From NCBI GenBank assembly GCA_938029215.1, contig CALHFG010000018.1, positions 4,632 through 68,631 on the forward strand: 64,000 nucleotides of DNA. Reading direction: 5' to 3'. The notes beneath the pieces are model-generated. The model was not told the DNA's origin. It saw only the letters and a program-made list of their open reading frames with translations, and did no database searches. The position numbers were made by a program, and so were the translations under genes. Numbering within the stretch: position 1 is the first letter of the stretch; each line of letters starts with the position of its first letter. The stretch is from an uncultured Acidimicrobiales bacterium. Lineage in GTDB: Bacteria > Actinomycetota > Acidimicrobiia > Acidimicrobiales > SZUA-35. This document shows, piece by piece, positions 57,357 to 64,000 of this stretch.

Positions 57357-58238
57357 CTATCCGAGCTCCCTTGCAACATCAGGTAGCACGACCGTCACCA
57401 ACGACGGCTGGTGGGTGAGAGCGGTGGCGACCGACCCGAGCAGTAGATAGGCGACACCACGAGTACCCCGGGCACCGAGAACGAGAGCGTCAGCACCCTG
57501 GGCCACCTTTGGCAGTTCCGATCGAGGATCACCCGGAACAACCACGATCTCCACCAACTGTTCCGCTTCGTCGTGGGACGCCACCGACGCGACGATCTGA
57601 CGGACCTCTTCGGTTGTCGATCGATGAAGGTCTGACTCAACCGATCGGCCGGCGCTATAGGAATAGGCCAGCGAAGCAAAGGTCGATGCCGCTACGACGG
57701 TGCCGTCCTTGGCTACGCGGTCCAACGCCCATCGAAGGGCGCGTTTTGAATTCGGCGATCCGTCGATGCCTACTACTAGTCTCCGAAGCGGTCCACGAAC
57801 ACCAGCGCTCGAGGGCACGATCGCAACCGCTGACTGCGCGTGCTTTACGCAGTGGGACCCCGTTGACCCGAGCAAGGCGCTCGCGAGCCCACCGCGCCCG
57901 CGACACCCGACCACGAGCAGATCGGCGGTCATCGAGGCTTCAACGAGCATCTGTCCCGCGTAGTCGGCCGCAACGACATGAGAAGACAACAAGCCAGGGT
58001 CCACGGCCTCGATGACTGCAGCAGCACGCCGCTCTGCGACCTTTCGGAATATCTCAAGATCGATGGGCTGGGGCGGCGGACCCAGCCCATCGAATGTGGG
58101 GCCGATGCTGTAGGCAGTGGACACGCAGACGGTGCCGAGCTGTTTCTCAGGATCCGTGGCCCACTCGAGGGCAAGTCGAGACTCATCGGAACCATCCACG
58201 CCTACGACCACGGTGCACTTACGGTCCGGTATGTCCAT
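57357..58238 (-). CDS. Universal stress protein (tandem Usp domains)
   Basis: Contains VVVGVDGSDESRLALEWA...LLVVGCRGRGG and a second VVGIDGSPNSKRAL...LVLGARGTRG. Confidence 0.7.
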   Translation of the reverse strand: MDIPDRKCTVVVGVDGSDESRLALEWATDPEKQLGTVCVSTAYSIGPTFDGLGPPPQPIDLEIFRKVAERRAAAVIEAVDPGLLSSHVVAADYAGQMLVEASMTADLLVVGCRGRGGLASALLGSTGSHCVKHAQSAVAIVPSSAGVRGPLRRLVVGIDGSPNSKRALRWALDRVAKDGTVVAASTFASLAYSYSAGRSVESDLHRSTTEEVRQIVASVASHDEAEQLVEIVVVPGDPRSELPKVAQGADALVLGARGTRGVAYLLLGSVATALTHQPSLVTVVLPDVARELG

Positions 58239-58274
58239 GTGATCTGCTCGCTGACCCGGTTCCGCGTGGCCCGG

Positions 58275-58637
58275 TTAGACCGTGGCCTCGAACTGGTGCA
58301 TGTGAAACTGCTCGAGCGCTTCTAGCGCTTCGGATCCGTACACGGCGGCCGGTCCGCCTCCCATCAGAATGGCAACACCGACGGCCTCTTTGATCTCTGG
58401 CGGGGTAGCTCCAGCTTTCAGCGCGTCATAAGTGTGGAGTGCGATGCACCCATCGCAGTGACTGGTGATGCCAATCGCCAGGGCAATGAGTTCCTTGGTC
58501 TTGGTGGAGAGCTCGCCTTCGGCCATCGACTGGCGGTGCAGCTCACCAAACCCAGCCATTACCTCAGGCAACTCGTTTCCTAGATTCCGAATTCCCTTCA
58601 GAAGATCGTCTCGGCGGTGTATGAACTTGGTTGCCAT
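58275..58637 (-). CDS. Carboxymuconolactone decarboxylase / AhpD-like family protein
   Basis: Contains KELIALAIGITSHCDGCIALH, the AhpD-core CxxC motif. An internal ATG (MATKFIHRRDD) is the likely start; the ORF opens at 58940. Confidence 0.7.
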   Translation of the reverse strand: MATKFIHRRDDLLKGIRNLGNELPEVMAGFGELHRQSMAEGELSTKTKELIALAIGITSHCDGCIALHTYDALKAGATPPEIKEAVGVAILMGGGPAAVYGSEALEALEQFHMHQFEATV

Positions 58638-58800
58638 GGGCCCCTCATTTCGGTTAGGTGATGCTCTCATTGAAGGCGGTAGCCGTCGCGGTCCCCAGAG
58701 TCCTTGGTCCCAACTGCGGTATTGACCAAAGCCTCTAGCCCGATGTGTGCCGCGCACATAGGTTCGTGTCAGCCAACTCGGTCGAAAGAAAGGCCATCCG

Positions 58801-59625
58801 ATGACACATGCAACCGCGGGAAGCCCCCCATCACTCATTGGTGATCGAACAATCTTCGAGATCGCCCTGCCGGTCACGTTCACATCAGCAGACGACCGAG
58901 TCCGCACGTTCGCCATCGAGCTATGCCGAAGGTGGAGCATTCCCCTCCGGCTGATCTACGTCTCTGACTCGATTGAGCCGTCGATACCGCAGCTCGAAGA
59001 TCTGGCCGCGCATATCAGGCGGCGCCACGAGGCGCTGACGGTAAAGACCAGCCATGTCTATGGTCACGACGCCGCGGTCGGGATTTGTTCCACCGTGTTC
59101 CCTCGATCCTTGGTTCTGATGCCCACCGACCACGCTGACGAGTGGAAGATGAAGGGATCGGTGGCCGAGATCGTCGTGATGTCGGCCGGGGTTCCCGTGC
59201 TCCTGTTTGGGCCCAACGTCGGCACGTTCCGACCCGGCGCAGACATCGTTGTTGGTCTCGATGGTTCAGCCTCTGCCGAGGCAGTGCTGCCCGCCGCCCT
59301 CGGGCTGGCACAGGCATTCGACGCCCAACTCTGGCTTGTTCAAGTCGTTCCGGTTGGCGTTGACGACGAAATCAACGTGGACATCGCAACCTACATCCAG
59401 GATCAGGCGGCGGTGATCGAGATCCCTCATCATCGAACCGGCTGGGAACTCATTCACAGCAACAACCCTGTGTCGGCGCTCGCCTCGTTCGCCGAGGCCC
59501 GCAATGCATCGATGATCCTTGCCGGTGCTCGCGGTCGTACCGATCCTCACCGTCAATCGATGGGGAGCATAAGCATGGGTTTGGTGTCGACCGGCACCGT
59601 GCCGGTGCTGACCCTTGCGGTGTAG
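58801..59625 (+). CDS. Usp-domain protein (divergent N-domain plus a canonical C-terminal Usp domain)
   Basis: The C-terminal domain reads IVVGLDGSASAEAVLP...MILAGARGRTDPHRQSMGSISMGLVS. Confidence 0.55.
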   Translation: MTHATAGSPPSLIGDRTIFEIALPVTFTSADDRVRTFAIELCRRWSIPLRLIYVSDSIEPSIPQLEDLAAHIRRRHEALTVKTSHVYGHDAAVGICSTVFPRSLVLMPTDHADEWKMKGSVAEIVVMSAGVPVLLFGPNVGTFRPGADIVVGLDGSASAEAVLPAALGLAQAFDAQLWLVQVVPVGVDDEINVDIATYIQDQAAVIEIPHHRTGWELIHSNNPVSALASFAEARNASMILAGARGRTDPHRQSMGSISMGLVSTGTVPVLTLAV

Positions 59626-59630
59626 ATCGG

Positions 59631-60338
59631 TCAGAACTGACTGGCGTTGGTAACGCTCTGCCAGTCAGCGGCCACATTGCCCTTGTCCGGAAAGCCGCCC
59701 ATGTCCTTCAGAATCTTTGCCTGGTGCATGAGGTTCCAGGCCATGATCGTGGTGTTCCGGTTGGTGAAGTCGTTGTCGAAACCAAACGGACGACCGGTAT
59801 CAGGGTCGGCATCACCGTAACTCGGCCCCGGGCCGGCTTCGCCGATCCATCCGCAGTCCGCCTGCGGTGGCACCACATAACCAATGTGCTGGAAGGCATA
59901 CAGCAGTTCCATACTTACCGCCTTAACACCGTCTTCGTTGCCGGTGACGATGCACCCCGCGGTCTTCCCATAGTAGAGATACTGCCCCTTGGCGTTCTTC
60001 TCGCCACTGGACGCGTACATGCGCTCGATTGCCAAGGTCGCCAAGCTGCTCTTTACTCCGAGCCAAATTGGGCTGCCGATCACCAGAATGTCCGCTGCCA
60101 TGATCTTTGCTTGAATCGAGGGCCACTCATCGGCTTCGGCCCCGTTGTCGGCAACCGCGTCGGTAACCATGCCGAATCCAATGCGATGATCCAGCATGTG
60201 GATGAGTTCGACGTCGACACCTTCCGAGCGCATGATTCCGGCGCTCTTTTCCATCAATTTCCTCGTGTGCGAATCGGCTGCATGGCGCTGAAGCGACGCA
60301 TTGAGGTAGACAGCGGACAATCCTTCGAATTCGGGCAT
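59631..60338 (-). CDS. Flavodoxin-like fold NAD(P)H-dependent FMN reductase / multimeric flavodoxin (WrbA-like)
   Basis: Contains ADILVIGSPIWLGVKSSLATLAIERM, the FMN-binding loop pattern. Confidence 0.6.
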   Translation of the reverse strand: MPEFEGLSAVYLNASLQRHAADSHTRKLMEKSAGIMRSEGVDVELIHMLDHRIGFGMVTDAVADNGAEADEWPSIQAKIMAADILVIGSPIWLGVKSSLATLAIERMYASSGEKNAKGQYLYYGKTAGCIVTGNEDGVKAVSMELLYAFQHIGYVVPPQADCGWIGEAGPGPSYGDADPDTGRPFGFDNDFTNRNTTIMAWNLMHQAKILKDMGGFPDKGNVAADWQSVTNASQF

Positions 60339-60416
60339 TCGTTCGTTTTAGTCGATCAGCGCGACGCAAGCTCCATCGCGACCTCCCTTCGGGCGATCCA
60401 CAGCTAGTCTCAAGCC

Positions 60417-60959
60417 GTGGACGCTGAGGGCTACACCGACGACCCTGGATGGTTCGTCGATACCCGACTAGGCAGGATGATCATCTCGCTGATCGGCATC
60501 GGCTTTATCTACTTCCTGGTGATCTGGAATTTGCCGGAGAGCGCCGTGCGCGACGAACTGCGTCCGGGGCTCGCTCCCATCATTCGCCCCATGGGAATCG
60601 CTCAAGACTGGGGGGTCTTTGCGCCCAACCCTGTCAGCACGTCGTACCGGGTTGAGGCCGACGTGGAAATGGCTGATGGGACCGTCGTTCGCTACATGTT
60701 TCCCGATGGGGACCCTTACCTCGGGGCCTATCGAGAATTCCGGTGGCGAAAGTATGAGAGCCGGATCCGCAAGGACGAGAATCGGCGTCGATGGCGACCC
60801 ACCGCCGAATGGATTCGGGATCAGTTCCCCGACGGCGAGGTCCGGACGATCGATCTGATCCGACGAACCCGACCCGTCCCCGAACCCGGTACCAACGAGA
60901 CCTCTCAATGGGACGAAGAGTCGATCTTCAGCGTTACGTTCCCTGTGGGGTCCCCATGA
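60417..60959 (+). CDS. Single-pass membrane protein, DUF5819-like (the usual partner of HTTM proteins)
   Basis: An N-terminal TM segment (MIISLIGIGFIYFLVIW) and the motif IAQDWGVFAPNP. Its stop overlaps the ATG of the downstream HTTM gene (ATGA). Confidence 0.4.
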   Translation: MDAEGYTDDPGWFVDTRLGRMIISLIGIGFIYFLVIWNLPESAVRDELRPGLAPIIRPMGIAQDWGVFAPNPVSTSYRVEADVEMADGTVVRYMFPDGDPYLGAYREFRWRKYESRIRKDENRRRWRPTAEWIRDQFPDGEVRTIDLIRRTRPVPEPGTNETSQWDEESIFSVTFPVGSP

Positions 60960-61903
60960 TCTTCCGACGGATCGCCACCGCGTGGAGCAGCTTCTGGTTT
61001 TCTCCGCACTCGACGATCAACATCACTTGGATTCGAATCCTCCTGGGGGCTACCTCGCTCGTATGGGGTCTTGCGCTCATTCCCGACTTCGAAACCTTCT
61101 ACTTCGATGACGGCTTGTTTGCCGAGCCCCGTTACGGCGCCTATCACACCGGCGTGTTGCAGTGGCTCCGGCAGGACTGGGCCGCTGTCGCTGTCTTGGG
61201 TGTTCTTCTGGCGAGTTCTTTGCTTGTCACATTCGGGTATCTGGTCCGACTGGCGGCCCCCATTCTCTTCTATGCACTGATGTCTCTGCAGCAAGACATT
61301 CCGGTCTTGATGAACGCCAGCGACAACCTGCTGCGCATCATCGCCATGTACTTCGCCGTGTTCGCCTTGCTGACCCCCTCTCGATATCTCTCGCTCGGGC
61401 CGCGGGGAATCAAGAGGGAAGACCAAAGTCGACGGTGGCCTGTCGGTCCGGCGTGGATTCTTCGAATCCTTCAGTTGCAGCTCACCATCATCTATTTGGA
61501 TACCGCAATTGAGAAATCGACGGGAAGCAGATGGCACAACGGCACCGCGGCGTCGATCGCACTGGGCCTGGAAGAGTTCGAACGGTTCTACGTACCCGAG
61601 TTCGTGCGAACGAACTTGATCATGGGCAATATCGGAACATGGCTCGCCATCGGTTTGGAGGCAACCCTTCCGTTGCTCCTTTGGAATCGTAGAACCCGGC
61701 TGATCGGCGTGGTGCTTGGGGTCGGTATGCACTTTGTGTTCGACTACGCGATGCGGCTTGGATACTTCTTCCCCGGCATGTTCATCGCGTACATCGCGTT
61801 CATGAGGCCAGGCGACTGGGCCAAGATAAAGGCACTTCCCGGTAGGGTGCTCCGGCGGCGGGCCGCAACTCCGGCCGACCCGCTTCTTCCAAAACCTGCC
61901 TAG
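60956..61903 (+). CDS. HTTM-domain (vitamin-K-dependent gamma-carboxylase-like) integral membrane protein
   Basis: Internal ATG of ORF 60791..61903. The sequence MIFRRIATAWSSFWFSPHSTINITWIRILLGATSLVWGLALIPDFETFYFDDGLF fits the HTTM N-terminus. There are multiple TM helices. Confidence 0.55.
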   Translation: MIFRRIATAWSSFWFSPHSTINITWIRILLGATSLVWGLALIPDFETFYFDDGLFAEPRYGAYHTGVLQWLRQDWAAVAVLGVLLASSLLVTFGYLVRLAAPILFYALMSLQQDIPVLMNASDNLLRIIAMYFAVFALLTPSRYLSLGPRGIKREDQSRRWPVGPAWILRILQLQLTIIYLDTAIEKSTGSRWHNGTAASIALGLEEFERFYVPEFVRTNLIMGNIGTWLAIGLEATLPLLLWNRRTRLIGVVLGVGMHFVFDYAMRLGYFFPGMFIAYIAFMRPGDWAKIKALPGRVLRRRAATPADPLLPKPA

Positions 61904-61938
61904 ATCCCGCACCCCGTCCTGGTCGTTTCGAGCACGTG

Positions 61939-63012
61939 CTACCAGCCAATCACCCAGCCGCTGCGCTCCTTTAAGATCTGCCGGACAACAAGCGCGAGGC
62001 CAAGACTTGTCAGCACCACGATGGACGTCGTGATGAGCCAGCGGAGTGGTTCTGGGCCGTACATCATGGACGTACCCACGGAACCGCCAAGATACGCGAG
62101 CGACGCCTCCGCACCCCAGATCACCCACGGATGCAGAAAGAAGATGGGAAAACTCGCCGACGCCAATGTCTCCAGGGTTCGATTAGGACGATCCTCAAAG
62201 CGATCTAGCAACACCATGAAGAACAGGCAGAGAAGCACCTTCTGTACCAAGAGAACATCTGGCAGCGCCGCCTGAAAGGCTGGTTTTTGGAGATTGCCAA
62301 ACGTTGGGTACGCATAGGCCTGAACCAGCGCAAGGACGCCGATAGACAACCCGAGGTGAGCCTCTCGCCCTTTCAGGCGAGCCAGAATCTCGGGGCGATG
62401 GAGCGATGAGAGCGTTCCGAGTAGAAACACGGGCATGAAGTATGCGACCGATTGCCAGACATCACCGTTGGCCACGGGGCGCTGTAGGGCAAGCGAGAAG
62501 AGCAAGCTGACCGTCACGATCATGATCCGAAACGGCGCACTCAGTCCAAGAAAGCGAATCACGAGCGGCGAGAGCACAAACACCACGCAAATGAACGGGA
62601 TGTACCAGTAGCCGGTGAGGATCTTCCCAGTCCACACATACGACGCAACCGGCTCCAGACTCGAGGCTGCGAACAACCCTTGTTCCCCTGTACGAACCGT
62701 TCCGCCTCGGGGCGCAGCACCTTCGATCAGTACCCGGTAAAGCACGAGCGGCACCGACAGAACCAAGTACGGCACCAAGACTCTTTTGCACTTGTTGGTG
62801 AGAAAGCTCCGGTAGTCAAAGCTTGCCGCATGAACGTGATGGAACAGGTAGCCCGATATGAACACAAAGAGGGCTGTCCCGCCGACCACCAGGTTGGCGA
62901 CCCACTTGTCGGCAACCGTATCGACCGTCCAACCGGATACAGAGAGGCAGTGTCCGGCCACGATAAGCACGATGGCGATACCGCGGAACTGCTTCAGTGA
63001 TTGAAGATACAA
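61939..63012 (-). CDS. Acyltransferase family 3 (OpgC/OatA-like) membrane protein
   Basis: Contains LKQFRGIAIVLIVAGHC...FVFISGYLF, the acyltransferase_3 N-terminal signature. 10 TM. Confidence 0.75.
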   Translation of the reverse strand: MYLQSLKQFRGIAIVLIVAGHCLSVSGWTVDTVADKWVANLVVGGTALFVFISGYLFHHVHAASFDYRSFLTNKCKRVLVPYLVLSVPLVLYRVLIEGAAPRGGTVRTGEQGLFAASSLEPVASYVWTGKILTGYWYIPFICVVFVLSPLVIRFLGLSAPFRIMIVTVSLLFSLALQRPVANGDVWQSVAYFMPVFLLGTLSSLHRPEILARLKGREAHLGLSIGVLALVQAYAYPTFGNLQKPAFQAALPDVLLVQKVLLCLFFMVLLDRFEDRPNRTLETLASASFPIFFLHPWVIWGAEASLAYLGGSVGTSMMYGPEPLRWLITTSIVVLTSLGLALVVRQILKERSGWVIGW

Positions 63013-63080
63013 GGGTCACACACCTGCCGTCGCCCAGGAGGTGCCTGTGACCTGGTGATCCTAGCTCACCACAACCGCAG

Positions 63081-63243
63081 CGTTCGCCACGCACCACGAA
63101 GGCGAGCAAAGCGCAAGTCACCGCCAAAGGCCAGCGAAGCGACCCGCCACAATCAGACAACAGCCCCCTCAACCGGGCCCAAAACAACCAAACCGTTCGC
63201 CACGCACCACCAAGGCGAGCAAAGCGCAAGTCACGGCCGAAGG
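63081..63243. repeat. Two copies of a ~50-bp imperfect direct repeat (cgttcgccacgcaccacSaaggcgagcaaagcgcaagtcacSgccgaagg) separated by ~63 bp
   Basis: Copy 1 at 63081-63130 and copy 2 at 63194-63243, about 90% identical. They lie in the convergent intergenic region and the 3' end of the partial MDR gene. Confidence 0.5.
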
Positions 63244-64000
63244 AAGACCTTTCCTCGGGGGTCTTTCAGGACTTCAGGCAGTTGTTCTATGGCTTCGCCG
63301 ATGGAGAGTGTGGCGCCCACGTCGGTGGCCCAGTGGCCGTCGCTGAATCGGCGTTGTACGTCGCCGAACACGGCGAGCTTTTCATCAAGAGATTTGGAGC
63401 CCAACCATGGGGTGAGCCAAAAACCGCCGATGGTTTTGTTGAGGAAGATGAGCTCGCCCGGGTTGGACAGCGGCGGGAGTTCAGGGCTGAGCGATCCATA
63501 GATCATCCAGTGGCTGTTCTTTCCCATCGCGTTGAACACTTGGGTGCTGACCGAGTCGACTACCGCATCGATGAAGAAGCTTGGTTTGTGCTCCTTCATA
63601 GTGGTGGCCAGTTTGGAGGCAAAATCATCATCGGTCTGGTTGAGGATCACGCTCGCACCCAAGCCTGTGAGCGTGTCGTTATGCACGTCCCGCCGCACGA
63701 TACAGATGGCCTCCAGTCCGGCGTCTCTGGCAAGGGCAACGATGAACTTGCTGACCTGGCTTGCTCCCGCGGTAAGAACGACCCCGGGCGACCCCGTTGC
63801 CTTTACCTCTTCGAACATTGCGGCCGCCGTCAGCGGGTTGACGATGAAGCCTGCTGCGTTGGGGTCTGAGACCGTGTCGGGTTGAGGGATGCAGAGCATG
63901 GACTCGGCGACCGCGTGGGTGGCCCAGGTTCCGGTGCCCTTCGGTGTGGCGGCAAAGCTGACTCGTTGCCCCATAAGGGACAGCGAGTATTCATCGTCTC
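63231..64000 (-). CDS. MDR-superfamily (zinc-type alcohol dehydrogenase / quinone oxidoreductase-like) protein. Only the C-terminal part is present; the N-terminus lies beyond the window edge.
   Basis: A Rossmann nucleotide-binding region (GSPGVVLTAGASQVSKFIVALA) and the C-terminus ...KVFLRP. The ORF is open to the window end. Confidence 0.65.
   Translation of the reverse strand, partial: DDEYSLSLMGQRVSFAATPKGTGTWATHAVAESMLCIPQPDTVSDPNAAGFIVNPLTAAAMFEEVKATGSPGVVLTAGASQVSKFIVALARDAGLEAICIVRRDVHNDTLTGLGASVILNQTDDDFASKLATTMKEHKPSFFIDAVVDSVSTQVFNAMGKNSHWMIYGSLSPELPPLSNPGELIFLNKTIGGFWLTPWLGSKSLDEKLAVFGDVQRRFSDGHWATDVGATLSIGEAIEQLPEVLKDPRGKVFLRP

Noticed and set aside
63040-63250. Direct repeats as a CRISPR array
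   Set aside because: There are only two imperfect copies with no cas genes nearby. This does not fit CRISPR.
1-64000. tRNA, rRNA or tRNA-Sec genes
   Set aside because: No cloverleaf-like conserved segments (GTTCGAATC / TΨC-type boxes) or rRNA-like stretches were recognised by eye. This is not a rigorous exclusion without tRNAscan or Infernal.

Overview
This window is a 64-kb, high-GC (~65%) stretch of what looks like an actinobacterial chromosome. It is densely coded on both strands and carries no rRNA or CRISPR array; I did not spot a tRNA by eye, although that is not a rigorous exclusion. Many GTG/TTG starts are likely. I count roughly 55 supportable genes.

The main blocks, in order:
- **2.3-8.1 kb, sulfur/sulfite block.** A TlpA/DsbE-type thioredoxin-fold lipoprotein, a sulfite-oxidase-family Mo enzyme, a SufS-like PLP enzyme that lacks the catalytic Cys, adenosine deaminase, and a TauE/SafE exporter.
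- **8.2-25.8 kb, mixed housekeeping and accessory genes.** A HelD-like helicase, a PAS-GGDEF-EAL protein, a di-haem cytochrome c peroxidase lipoprotein, a CAP-domain lipoprotein, an SDR, a second TauE/SafE, a 1049-aa BNR/Asp-box propeller protein, two APH-family kinases, and two MFS transporters.
- **25.8-33.8 kb, flotillin cluster.** A same-strand NfeD(YqiJ)-like gene, a flotillin, and a 1677-aa protein with a single AAA+ module.
- **34.1-38.5 kb.** An ABC-2 exporter, a tandem Usp, an RsbW-like GHKL protein, and a CaCA exchanger.
- **39.4-43.8 kb, second sulfur cluster.** An MBL-fold/rhodanese fusion (persulfide-dioxygenase-like), a rhodanese-YgaP protein, SulP, and a 1-Cys peroxiredoxin.
- **44-47 kb.** PFK, a CoA-transferase and a TetR regulator.
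- **47.5-60.4 kb, DosR-like dormancy island.** Six Usp genes, two PPOX-like proteins, a PAS sensor kinase, a NarL/DosR-type regulator, a long HPF/RafH-like ribosome-hibernation protein with an unusual N-terminal fusion, an AhpD/CMD protein, a flavodoxin-like reductase, SulP, and a degenerate PAS-HisKA_3 protein.
- **60.4-64 kb.** A DUF5819-like/HTTM gene pair, an acyltransferase-3, and a partial MDR oxidoreductase.

The most striking observation is in the TlpA/DsbE-like lipoprotein gene (2364..2882, minus strand). Both cysteines of its WAxW-C-x-x-C-RxE active site are replaced by in-frame TGA codons (W-A-P-W-TGA-P-F-TGA-R-S-E), and a GGUC-looped hairpin lies immediately downstream. That makes it a candidate UxxU diselenide selenoprotein of the SelL type.

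The second candidate for something new is the nfeD-flotillin-giant AAA+ ATPase locus.
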